Shown in pieces: positions 11,885-23,346 of a stretch of 64,000 nucleotides of DNA. The stretch's first letter is position 1. Each line of letters opens with the position of its first letter. This DNA comes from Blastocladiella emersonii ATCC 22665. Its lineage: Eukaryota; Fungi; Blastocladiomycota. The translations under genes were made by a program, and so were the position numbers. The DNA lies in the NCBI GenBank assembly GCA_025594325.1, contig JANHCV010000004.1, positions 2,356,001 to 2,420,000 of the forward strand, written 5' to 3'. The notes beneath the pieces were generated by a model that saw only the letters and a list, made by a program, of their open reading frames with translations, searched no databases and had not been told where the DNA came from.

Positions 11885-12662
11885 GAAATGGCCACTCCAT
11901 GAACATGTTATGTCGGAGAAGAAGTTCCGCAAACTTATGCTCGAATTCATGACCCGGCCGACATCACGCGCGTCATGACGTTCCGGCGACGCGTCACCCG
12001 CGAGGAGGCGCAGATGTTCCGAGAGATCCTGCGCCAGTCGACTACCGCGCGAATCGAGCACTGCCACCGCCGCGCCCTCGCCCTCGCTGGCCCGCAGGAC
12101 CATCCCACCGCTTGGGATGCGGCGCGGGGTGCGGCGCTCGGCACGTTTGCGCGCGCCGAGTCGGACCTGGAGCGTAACCTCGCTAGCGCCATCCAGGAAG
12201 TGAACGCGCGGTACGAGCTGCACATGTACAAGGCCGACTGGTACTGGGGGTACCGCGTGTGGGACGAGCCGACGCACTACTGGCTCGCGTCCATGCAGGA
12301 GTACGAGACGGGTGTGGTCGGACGTTTGCACCTCGAGCCCCGACGTGCCGAGTTTTGTCCCGCTCATCTCCTACTTGGAGCTACCCTCGAGTCCATCGAC
12401 TTCTTCTGCCGAGCTCGTCCAAGGACTGGGCTCCGGCTCGGGCACAACGCCCGCACCCGTGCCGGCGTACGGTCTCCACGCGCCCATCGACTTCGCCGGC
12501 GCCACGCACGGCCTCCACGCGCCCGTCCACCTGCCCGCTGCGGCTCCCGGGTTCCACACGCACGCCGCTCAACCTGCCGTCGCAGTCGGGTTCGGTGTCC
12601 CGCTCGCCCAACTCGGGCCTCTCGCCGCTGCCGCCGCCCATCAACTGGATCCGTTCCTGTAA
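11885..12662 (+). pseudogene. Frameshifted hypothetical coding segment of unknown function
   Basis: MKWPLHEHVMSEKKFRKLMLEFMTRP shifts frame into DITRVMTFRRR...YKADWYWGYRVWDEPTHYW. Coding-like codon usage but broken frames. Confidence 0.3.
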
Positions 12663-12793
12663 GCTCAAGCTCAACTTCGAGATCCGCATGGCTTCGCTGT
12701 CGTACAAGCAGCACCCGCTGTCGCGCTCGTTCTCGAACTTGACCTCCCATCATTGTCCATTGCCCGCATGATTTCCTCCCTATATATACTCAG

Positions 12794-14139
12794 ATCTATT
12801 CACCGTCCGATGCTTCACTTCCTTGTTCGCCACGCTGCGCTCTTCGACGTGCGGCGGGTCCAAGGACGTGCAGTCGCTCGCCATTCTCGCCGTGCAGATC
12901 AAGGACAAGGAAGGCATCGAGCTCCTCATCCAGCTGGCCACGGCGCTGTCCAAGGACGGCGTGCTCCCCCGCAAGCAATTCATGTTCCTACATATTCGCG
13001 ACCAAGTCCGCGGCGTTCTCGGCATCACGATCACGTTCTACGATCCCGCGACGATCGAGGCGTGGTGCTACTTCCACGCCGAGGGCGGCGGCCACAAGGC
13101 GTTCCGGTACCTGCGCGGGCCCGGAAAGGCCGTGCCCGCAGGCCTGACTGACGGCGTCCGTCACAACGCACACGGCACCCCGCACCTCATCAACCTGTTC
13201 ATCCCGGACACGCGCACAGTGCAGCGCAAGGCCAAGCAGGACCTGGACAAGAAGAACCCGATCGGGCTCCAGTACGGCCGCATCGAGGACGTGGCCAAGT
13301 ACGTGACGGAGCAGAAGGCCAAGGGCAACATCGTGGAAGTGTGTGTCGCGTTCGACGGCACGGACAAGCCCGACGAGCCGCGTCACTATGAGGACGGCAT
13401 CGTCCAAGGCGGCCCAGAGTTTGGTGACCTCGTCAAGGCGTTCAAGCTTCTAGCGGAACCCGGTGCGGCTCGCTTCGTGCGTTATTGTCGCTCGATACGC
13501 GCGCCCTGACGTCCCGATCCGCGTGTAGTCCACGATGAGCGCTTCAAGGACGCGTCCGACCCCAAGTTCTCGCTCCCCGTTGAGCTGATCGACAAGCTCA
13601 AGGTCGACGAGCTCAACGATGCGTGCGATGCGGCCGAGCACACCGTGTCCGAGTTCCACGCCGCGCCAGCCGCAGCAGCAGCCGCGGTCGGGTCGGAGAG
13701 CGGCGGCGCGGCACCAGCACCGGCCACCGCCCTCCCCGGTTTCGACGAGAAGGACAAGTTTTGCAAGTGCGCGCAGCAGGTCATCGACATGCTGCGCTAC
13801 CTCTGCGAGCGCGCGAACGTATACTCGGAGGCGCTCGCTGAAAAAGAGGGGAGGAAGCGGAGCAAGATCGAGAGCTCCGAGACCTTGGACGCCTCCAAGG
13901 AGAAGGCCAAGGTGGCCCTCGCCAAGCTGAGCGCCAAGCGCAGCCGTGTCACATGTACGCTCAACAGGTTTGGGGTCGGCAATCATGACCGCTTACATTT
14001 GCTGTGTCTGATTAGGAACATTTCCTGGCTCGAGCTCCACGCGCAGCAGCTCGAACACCCACTCTGGTGCGCGCTCTGGACTGCACTCCACTGCTCCGTT
14101 CTTCGCACAGGTCCCATGTCAAAGTCAAGGTGGCCATGA
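12794..14139 (+). mobile_element. Probable truncated DDE transposase relic (P-element/THAP9-like), with intron 13463-13528
   Basis: GGHKAFRYLRG...NLFIPDTRTVQR followed by VCVAFDGTDKP resembles the P-type 'AYxxL..LPSxxTL.R...C(V/I)LxFDEM' layout. The intron joins the 12823 ORF in frame to the 13645 ORF. No complete catalytic triad or TIRs seen. Confidence 0.4.
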
Positions 14140-14286
14140 ACCACTCGATGCGTCCTATCGGTCCACTCTGCGGGATGGCTGTAGGCTGAGCAGTGCACGC
14201 GAGCTGTGAGCTACTTGGCAGCAGAGTCTGTGGTCCTCTGACTTGCAAGAGAACTGCTTCGCATCAACCTGTCTCGCACCGCGCAC

Positions 14287-14701
14287 GTGAACTCGCGACG
14301 GTCATTTTTCCGATCAGCGCCGCCACTCTTTCGCCACGACCCAGCCGTGTCGCTTGCTCTTGCTCTTGTTCATCAACATGGCCATCAGCGTGACCTACTT
14401 TCGACTGCGTCCACGCGTCGCCTTCTCGATCCTCCAACAAGCGCCTTCAATCAAGGGCAAGCCGGCGCCGGGATCGCTGAAGCGCAAGGAGCGGCAGGAG
14501 GTCCAGCAGTCGACCCGGCGCGTCAGCGTCCAGCTCGCCGCCGAGTGCATCCTGGTCGTGGCCGTCAACCTGAGCCGCGTCGCCGCGCCCGAGTACGACC
14601 CGCAGTTTTCTCTCCTGCCCTTCCTCGTCCATTTATTTGTGGCTGTGGCCGTAACCGCCCAAAAGCCCAGCAGCCCCGTCGCCGCCTCCATCGGCCCTTG
14701 A
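14287..14701 (+). pseudogene. Fragment of a multi-pass membrane protein (about three hydrophobic helices), probably decayed
   Basis: LLLLFINMAISVTYF, a basic loop, then VQLAAECILVVAVNL and FSLLPFLVHLFVAVAV. No intact 5' part; frameshift just upstream. Confidence 0.3.
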
Positions 14702-14800
14702 ACAACCTTGTCAGGTTGCAGTCAGACGAAAGCGATAGGATGCGGTCAAGCTCGGCAGCAGCGTCAGGATGCGGGATATATGTACAAGGGAGCGGTAAAA

Positions 14801-16172
14801 CTATAGCAGCAGCTGCGCGATCACGTCGAGGATATGGATCCTGACCGTCTGGATCGTGTACTCGATGGTGCTCGACGCGGACGCGGATGAGGATGACCGG
14901 AGCAGGGCGATCTGGGACACGCCGCGGCTGCACTCGACAACGTACTCGCGCGGCCGGCGCGCGCCCCACCGCCGCGCGGCGGGGATGAAGAAATAGAGGA
15001 GGCTGCTGCCGCTTCCACCAGACGAAGACGCGGGCGACGGGTTGCGGCGCAGGTGGTCCAGGCAGCTCGAGTGCGACAGGGTGATCTCGGCAATGGACCG
15101 GAGCGAGGGCGGGCCTCCCTACACGGAACAGGTCAGTTGAGATGAGCGACGCACTCCCGAAACCGGCGTACCCCGAACCGCGGCTTGACGGTGGTCGAGA
15201 CGGTGAGAAACATCTTGGAGTCGGCGGTGAGCGTGCCGTGGTTCTCGCCGAGCGAAAAGTAGAGGTACGGGAACGAGCACGTCACGGTATCGCGGTCGGG
15301 GTCGATGTGGTACGGGTTGGCGTAGACCGGGTAGCTGCGCAGGATGCGGGCCGACGCGGACAGGTCGACGGACACGTCGGCCGAGTACGCGTGCTGCATG
15401 ATCAGGTTGAGCCAGACGGACAGCAGCCAGTCGACGCGCGCGGGGAGCGACGGCGGGAGCGAGGCGGTCGTCGCCACGTTGCGCTGGATGATCAGCATGT
15501 CGCACGGTTTCGCGGGCGGGTCCGTGGGCGGCGCGCGGTCCCGGCACTCGTGGTCGGGCCAGTCCATGGGCACGTAGAACAGCATGTCGTCGTGGTCGTC
15601 GTTCTTGTTGAGCAGCAGGTGGTGGTAGAAGAGGTCGGCGTACTTTCTGTCGGGTGTGCGCGTCGTTAGCGTGATTCCGCTGCATCAAGGGGCGACTGAG
15701 CATACCGCTGCAGCTCGTCGTCGCCCTGGACTTCGAGCAGCGCGGCGATACGCGGGTCCCTTGCGCCGCCGCTGAGGACCGACTCACCGGATCCCGAGTG
15801 TACGCTGGTGGCGTCGCTCCGCCTTCTCGCGCGGGCCACGCTCGGTCTCCTCGTCGTCGTTGCCGTCGTTACCGAGTCTCCATCGGGCGGCAGTGGTGGA
15901 AGCGGCGGCGGCGGCCTCACAGTCGCCGACGTCGAGTCGTCGGTGACGGGGTCGACGAGACAGAACCCGAGGCCCAGCACGTCCTCGGCGGTAGGCGACC
16001 CGAGATCCACCTCACGCGTCGTATTCGACTCGTTCAGCGCGTGGGTGCTCCCGGCGGGCGAGTGCGGCAGCGAGGTGGCGGACGATGGGCTGCGCGGCAG
16101 GTGGTGGAGGATGGCGGCGGCGAGCGGGCGGTCGAGGTCGCGCAGCAGGATCAGGCGCAGGATTTCGGCCAT
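14801..16172 (-). CDS. KIAA0930/DUF2045-family protein (3 exons)
   Basis: DDMLFYV, VDWLLSVWLNLIMQ, VYANP and SFPYLYFSL match remembered KIAA0930 motifs (DDMLFYV, IDWEESVCLNLILQ, VFASP, SYPNIFFMI). Two GT-AG introns near 15650-15705 and 15120-15175. Stop TAG at 14801-14803. Confidence 0.75.
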
Positions 16173-16407
16173 GGGGCGGGCTTCATTCAAGTGCGGGCGG
16201 TAGGGTTGTTGTTGATACGTGGCGGAATCTATTTGGTTTAGGGGGGAGGGGAGGGGAGAGAGAGCGAACCGAGAGCGACGCGTTGCGGCTGGCGGGCCGC
16301 TCGCAGACCACTCGCAGGTGACCTCGCAACCAAGCGTGCATCGGCGTGCAGCACAACAACCCCATTTTCTCGACACGGTACGACTAACGAGATGTATCAA
16401 CGAACAA

Positions 16408-16746
16408 CTATGCCGCCGCCGTGCCCGGCGACCCGCTCGACGCCGCGGCCGCCGCGGACACCATGTCCTGCTGCTTGCGCAGCTCGCGCTCGAGCTGGCG
16501 CTGCGCCTCGAGCTCGCGCGTGTTGTCCTCGATGCGCTGCTTGGCCGCCAGGCGCGCCTCGTCGCGGATGACGCCCTGGTGCATGCGCTACGCGGGCGAG
16601 TGGGGGATGTGAGTGCGAGTTTGAGACGACGGGGAGGGTACACAACACACCTCGCGCTCCTTGTTCTGCTGCCAGTGCACGGCGGCCACCGACGTGATGG
16701 TGAAGATGACGGACCCCATCAGGGTCACCTTGGCGGCTGCGGACAT
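16408..16746 (-). CDS. PET117: Cytochrome c oxidase assembly factor PET117 (intron 16588-16650)
   Basis: Spliced product MSAAAKVTLMGSVIFTITSVAAVHWQQNKERE|RMHQGVIRDEAR..., the characteristic 'VH..Q..ER..MH.GV.RD' pattern. Confidence 0.85.
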
Positions 16747-16967
16747 GGCTGGTACGTTGCAGGGAGTGTGGTGGTTGGCCTCTTGCCTTGAGTTCAACTC
16801 AACGGAGGAGCGGAGACGCGTCGACGATGGTCGCGGCCGACCTGCATCGCGCGCTCCGTCGTGGCGCAGCACACTCGCTCGCTGATCTCATCAACTCTAT
16901 GGTGCAAGGTTGGTTCGCAACAACAGCAACTGTGGGGGGCACATGCATTCATCTGCAACCAAACCAC

Positions 16968-18516
16968 TTAGCGGATCGGGCCGTCCGCGACCGAGGGCGC
17001 GGCGACGACGCCGGCGTCGACCGTCATGGCGCAGAAGGTGCCGTCGGCCTTGATGAACCCGGCGACGCGGTCGGCGTTGGTGAAGAGCCCGGGCTGGATC
17101 GACTCCCACACCTTCTTCTTGGGGTTGAGCACCGCGTCGGGGCCGGCGCCCTCGGTGATGCCCTCGTACCGGATCAGCTCGCCGGGGGCCGCGCCCTCGG
17201 GCGGCGCCAGCAGCTCGACCTTGCCGTCGGCCGACGTCGTGCACAGGACCATGGCGTGCGACTTGATCCCGCGCATGTTGACGGGCTTGAGGTTGCACAG
17301 CACGACGCAGGGGCGCTGCTGCATCTCCTCGATCGGGACGTGGTTGACCAGGCCCGAGATGACCGTGCGCGGCGACTCCTCGCCAACGTCGATCTGCTCA
17401 ACGTACAGCGACTCGGCGTCCGGGTGGCGCTCGGCCTTGATGATGAACCCCACGCGCACGTCGAGGCGCGTCGGGTCGGCGTCGGCGGCGACGCCCGGGG
17501 CGGCGGCAGGCGCAGCGGGGGCGGGGGCGGCGGCGGCCTTGGGCTTCTCGGCGGCAGCGGGCTTCTCAGCGGCAGCGGAAGCCTTCTTGTCGGCCTTCTG
17601 CTGCTTCTTGGTGTCCTCGGACTTCTTGGGCGAGGCCTCGGGCTCGGGCGTCGCGGCGCCCTTCTTCTCAGCCTTCTTGGCCGCCTTCTCGGCGAGCTTG
17701 GCCTCCTTCTTGGCCAGCTTGGCCGCGTGCTTGGCGTCCACAGGCGCAGTCGCGCCGGCAGCCGCCTCGGGGGCAGCAGCCGCCGCAGCCGACGAGGTCG
17801 TCGAAGCGACCGGGGTCTGGGTGTTGATGGCGACCTTGCCCTGCCACTCGGACGCGCCGGGCACCGTGTGCTGGATCAGGTCGAACCACCGGAACACCGA
17901 CGGGTAGGCCCCGGTCTGGGCGGCGTGCGCGGCAACGTACGGGTGCACGGCGACAAACGCGAACACGTCGGCGGCCGACGCGGCGTGGTTGTACCCGAGG
18001 TACGTCGACTTGATGAGCTGCGCATCGAGCGTCTGTTGAGGGTGGGCGAGAGCGACGCGGAGCGCCAGGCGCGCAGCGGTGAGTGCGGTGAGCGCGCGGA
18101 GGGACGACTGCGGAGGAGGAGCATCAGGGCTGGATGGATGGTGTGTGGGCAGCGGACTCGCGTACCTTGATGTCGGCCTCGGCGATCTTGCCCTGGCGCG
18201 ACACGGCGAACTCGACCCACTTGAAGATCTACGTGCGGACTTGGGGCGTAAGCCTTTCGTACGCCTCAATCTCTTGGAGGTGCGGCAAACGCACCTCGGC
18301 CTTCTTCTCGGGCGTGGCGCCAACGAACGCGGCCGCGTTCTCGGTGGCGGCAATGTACTCGGCCACGGCGAACTGGGCCGGAGCGGCCGTGCTCAGCTTC
18401 TAGATGCGTCCGCAGTGAGCGAGCGAGCAGCACTCTCTCTCTCCCCAAACAGCGGCACATACGGGCTGGCGGACAATGTAGTCAAAGACCTTCTTGACCA
18501 CCGAGTTCGGCGACAT
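16968..18516 (-). CDS. ARC1: tRNA-aminoacylation cofactor Arc1 (GST-like N-domain, Lys/Ala linker, tRNA-binding OB-fold); several introns
   Basis: C-terminal LDVRVGFIIKAERHPDAESLYVEQIDVGE..RTVISGL..CNLKPVNMRGIKSHAMVLC. N-terminal GST-like segment with RWFDLIQH. Confidence 0.88.
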
Positions 18517-18792
18517 GATTGCGGCGGGTTCCGTGGAGCTACGTGGCAAGAAAGCGAGCGCGCTGGAGACGGGCGGATAGGGCTGGTGATGTGAGGGCGA
18601 CGACGTGTTCGCGGACCGACCGAGGCGGAGAGCAAAGAGAAACTGTTTTGAGGCGGCCGGATGATCTCACATGATGGATCGCCGCCGGAAATGAGCGACG
18701 CGTTTCGCCACGTTTTCGCTATCGACTTCTACTCGCTCCAGAACGGAGCCCGGCTCCACCCTCATGCATCTGTCCCGAGTACCAGCAACACC

Positions 18793-19957
18793 ATGCCCGG
18801 CGCAGTCCTGAACCGCGACACGCCCGCCAACAGCGGCGGCGGCCCCGCTACCGCCACGAGCCCGACTCGCTCCTCCACCACGGCGGCCGACGCGCAGTCT
18901 TCGGTCACCGCCGCCGCTGCCACCACCGCCTCCCCGCCGCTCCCCGTGTGGGTCACGGCCGCGCTGCTCGCCTTCATCAGCTACGTCCTCCCGCTGCTCG
19001 ACCGGCTCGACCACCTGCGCGGGTGGGTTGAGGGCAAGCTGTTCGGTTTCCCGTCGGCGCCGGTGCAGGCGACAGGCCGCGACGCCGTCGTCCTCTCAGG
19101 CGCGTCGACGGGGATCGGGTTCGACACGGCGCTGACGCTCGCGCGCAGCGGCGTTCTCGTGTTCGCGGGCGTGCGGCGCGAAGCCGATGCCGCGAAACTG
19201 CTCGCGGCAGCCGACGGCGCGTCGACGCTGGTCCCGATCATGCTCGACGTGGCGTCCGAGGCGTCGATCGCACAGGCCGTGGCGCGCGTCACGGCCGAGC
19301 TCGCGGCGCGGAACGCGCAGCTCGTCGGGATCGTTAACAACGCAGGGATCCCGCGGATCGGGCACATGGAGGACGAGACGGTCGCGAGCGTCAACCGCAT
19401 CTTTGCCGTCAACGTGTACGGCCCGATGCTGCTCACCAACGCGTTCTTGCCGCTGGTCCACGCGCACGGGCGCGGCGGGCGCGTCGTCCTCATCGCGTCG
19501 CTCGCGTCGATTGTCACGGGCCCGCTCAACGGCGTGTACAGCGCGAGTAAGCGGGCTGCTGACGGTACTCCCCCGCCCCCGCTCCCCTCCCGCGTACGAG
19601 GACTGACACCCACCCCCAAACCTAGCCCTGTTCGACGGGTACCGCCTCGACCTGGCGCCGCGCAGCATCGGCGTGTCGACGATCCACCCGGGCTCGATTG
19701 ACACGGTGCTGTGGGACAAGTTCAACCGCGTCGACAGCGCGCAGGGCACGGCGTTCGACCAGAAGCTGCGCACCGTCGCCAAGGCCACGGCCATCCCGCC
19801 GTCGCACGTCACGCGGTCCATCGTGCACGCGCTCACGGCCACCGTGCCGTGCCCGCGGTACGTGGTCGGGCTCGACGCGCGCATCGGCGACGCGTTCGCG
19901 CGCAAGGTCCCGATCCCGCTGCTCGACCGCATCATGCTGTCGTCGCTCAGGGGTTAA
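18793..19957 (+). CDS. Short-chain dehydrogenase/reductase (retinol/17-beta-HSD-like), one intron near 19565-19626
   Basis: SGASTGIG Rossmann motif, NNAG, YSASK catalytic motif and IHPG. Hydrophobic N-terminal segment. Confidence 0.9.
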
Positions 19958-20273
19958 GTTGGATATGGAATACACGCCGTTTTTGTGGAGTTGTGGGGGT
20001 GGCGTAGCGCGAAGCGCGTATCGCGCGGGCATCGGTGGCGTCAGCGGCGCGGCGATAGCCGCACGTGACTGGCGCCTATCGCGTTTGCGCTCGTTTCAGC
20101 TTTGTTTTCCGGTTGTCGTGTGCGATCAGGTGAGCTGAGCGGCCCCGCGGCCTGTTGCCCGCTCCACGTCCCTGCGTCGGCCGCCAGCCGCCGCCGCCCT
20201 CGAGTCCGCGCTCCTCTTCTCAGGAAAACACGCCCGCCCGCCCACTGCTCTGTACCGCACACGGATCGCCAAC

Positions 20274-21415
20274 ATGCTCTCCTCGGTCGCCTCGTCCCTG
20301 ATGCGCTCGTCGGCCTTCTCGGCCAAGCGCACGCTCGCCACGGCCTCGTCGGTTCGTTGCCGCTGCCTTACCGCTCAGCTAGCGAGCATGAAGCTCACGC
20401 CTTCTGTCCACAGGGCGTCCACAAGGTCACGCTCATCCCCGGCGACGGCATCGGCCCCGAGATCTCCGAGTCGGTCAAGCAGATCTTCAGCGCGGCCGAG
20501 GTGCCCATCGAGTGGGAGTCGGTGGACGTGACGCCGATCCTGGTCAACGGCAAGACGACGATCCCGCAGGACGCGATTGACTCGATCAAGCGCAACAAGA
20601 TCGCGCTCAAGGGCCCGCTCGCCACGCCCATTGGCAAGGGCCACGTCTCGCTCAACCTGACGCTGCGCCGCACCTTCGACCTGTACGCCAACCTGCGCCC
20701 GTGCCGGTCCATCGAGGGCTTTGCGACCCCCTACGCCAACGTCAACTCGGTGCTCATCCGCGAGAACACCGAGGGCGAGTACTCGGGCATCGAGCACGAG
20801 GTGGTGCCCGGCGTCGTGCAGTCCATCAAGCTCATCACGCGCGACGCGTCGGAGCGGTGCGCGCGCTTCGCCTTCGAGTACGCCAAGTCGTCGGGCCGCT
20901 CCACCGTCACGGCCGTCCACAAGGCCAACATCATGCGCCTGTCGGACGGCATGTTCCTCGAGACGTGCCGCGAGATCGCCAAGGAGTACCCGGAGATCAA
21001 GTTCGACGAGCAGCTGCTCGATCGCGCGTGCCTGCACATTGTGCAGAACCCGACGGCCTACTCGGACCGCGTCATGGTCATGCCCAACCTGTACGGCGAC
21101 ATCCTGTCGGACCTCGGCGCCGGCCTGATCGGCGGCCTCGGCCTCACTCCCTCGGGCAACATCGGCCTCCACGCGTCCATCTTCGAGTCGGTCCACGGCA
21201 CCGCCCCCGATATCGCCGGCAAGGACCTCGCCAACCCGACCGCCCTCCTCCTCTCGTCCGTCATGATGCTCCGCCACATGAACCTCAACGACAAGGCCGA
21301 CCAGATCGAGTCGGCCGTCCTCGGCACTATCGCCGCCGGCGAGGTGCTCACGGGCGACCTCGGCGGCAAGGCCACCAACTCGCAGTTCACCAAGGCCGTC
21401 ATCGACCGCCTCTAA
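20274..21415 (+). CDS. IDH2: Mitochondrial NAD-dependent isocitrate dehydrogenase subunit, catalytic (IDH2-like); intron near 20351-20414
   Basis: Presequence [13 protein letters not shown]. Motifs [48 protein letters not shown] and HGTAPDIAG. Confidence 0.92.
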
Positions 21416-21575
21416 GCATCCCGTTACACTTGTTCTTTCCTCCCCCATCTTCTCCCCCCAATCGTAGTTGATTCTTTGTTCACTAGTTTTTGCCCGTACT
21501 CAAAGAAGAACGTGGATCCAGATTACAGCCATGAGAAATCAAACAACACAACACCACACGACACCAACGACTCGC

Positions 21576-23071
21576 TCACTCAAAGTTCTGAGCGTCGAAC
21601 AGGTAGTTAGCCGCGAGCTCCTCGTTCTTGTCGCAGGCGAGAAACGCCTCGATCGCCGAGTGCCGGTCGAACCCGAGCGCGACGAGCCGGTCGATCGCCG
21701 CCTTCTCCTCCTCGGTCACGGCAATGGTCGTAGCGCCGGCGGGGATCGGGTTGCCGTCCATGTCGACCATCATCTCGTCGTCGCTGCCCTCGCCGCCCTC
21801 GCCAGCGCCGCCCATGAGCATCTGCATGAACGCCTCCGGGTTGGCCTGCACGAGCGCGGCCAGCTGCGGGTTCGCCTGCGTCAGCGTCTGCAGCAGCGGC
21901 TGCAGCAGCTGCGGGTTCGCCTGCACCATCTGGCGCAGCTGCTCGAACTGCGCGCCGCCGCCGCCGCCCGCACCGAACATGCTGGCCATGTCGGGCGCAG
22001 CGCCCGCAGCAGCCGCAGGGCCGGCCGGGGTCGCAGCCGCGGCCTGCTGCTGCGCGAGGTTGAACAGGTTGGCCGGGTCGCCGGCAGCGGCCGGGGTCGC
22101 GGCGGCGGCGGCGGCGGGAGCGGCAGCGGCACGGGCGGGGGTGGCGGCAGGCTCCGGGGCAAGACCAGCGGGGATACCCTACAATCGAGTCACTGGTGTA
22201 TGAGTTCACTGGCGCGACGCGACTGGAAAAAAAGTCCCGCGTACCGTCATGAGGTACTCGAAGGCGCGGTCGGGGTTGTTGTAGGCGGCACGCATGGCGC
22301 GCAGGACCTGGTCGCGCGGGTAGCCCATCTCGACCATGTTGGCGACGGCCGTCTCGAAGGCGCCGCCCGTGGCTGTACAAAGATCGGGGTGATGCGCGTC
22401 AGACTCTCTTTGAGCTCCCAGCGGTCAGCAGAGGAGAAGCGGCGTACCGAAAGCGGGGTCCGAAGCCATGGCGGCCGCGGGCGAGGGCGTGGCCGTGGTC
22501 GCGCCAGCAGCAGCCTCGGGGGCGGCGGCGGGGGCAGCCGGGGCGGCAGCGGCGGCAGCGGGAGCAGCGGGCGTGGGAGGGACCACGGGCGCGGCGGCCG
22601 GAGTCGCGGGGACGGCGCGGGCAGCAGGGGTCGCCGAGCTCGACGCAGCGGCGGCGGGGGCGGGCTTGGCCTGTCCTGAGACGCGTCAGCAAGGAGTGAT
22701 GAGGTGGGCAAGGTGAAACGGGCAGCGCACCTTGGTGACCATCACGACCATGAAGTCGGTCTCCTTGACGCCGAGGGCCTCGACGGTCTGGTCATCGGCG
22801 AGAATCTTGCCTGGTGGGGGCGCGGCGTGTGAGCGAGTGCGCTTCGTGGCAGAGGGCAGACCGCGTACCCGAGTAGATGAGCTTCTGCGAGGCCACGTCA
22901 AAGCCCTGCGACTCGGCGAGCTTCTCCTTGATGCCGCTGGCCTGTTACGACAAGTGAGCGCGTCAGTCGCGTCGCATCGCGTCACACCGGCGAGAACATT
23001 CATACGGTGGTTGTTGGCTCGACGTCGAGCACGATGGCCTTCTGCTGCAGGGTCTTGACGGTGAGCTTCAT
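21576..23071 (-). CDS. RAD23: UV excision repair / ubiquitin receptor Rad23 (UBL-UBA-XPCB-UBA); multi-exon
   Basis: MKLTVKTLQQK UBL start. UBA1 MVEMGYPRDQVLRAMRAAYNNPDRAFEYL. XPC-binding FEQLRQMVQANPQLLQPLLQ. UBA2 ALGFDRHSAIEAFLACDKNEELAANYLFD. Confidence 0.95.
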
Positions 23072-23346
23072 TTTGCGTGTGGGTGTGCGTGAGTGCGTAG
23101 TCAGCGCGCGGGGAGCGGGGACGTGGGGAGAAGGCGATGCGCGTTCGCCGGCCGCGCGAACGGAACGAGATCGGCGTGGACGTCTTGCGTCAGGTGACGC
23201 CACGCGCGCCGCGGCCCGCCTTCGAGTCGCGGCGCGTCTCGCCCCCTTCGCTTCCGCTCGTCGTCAATGGAACGCTGATCCGTCGTGGAGACAACGCACG
23301 ACTACGTGCACTCGAACCGCGAACGGCCTGCAACCCAACCGGCACC

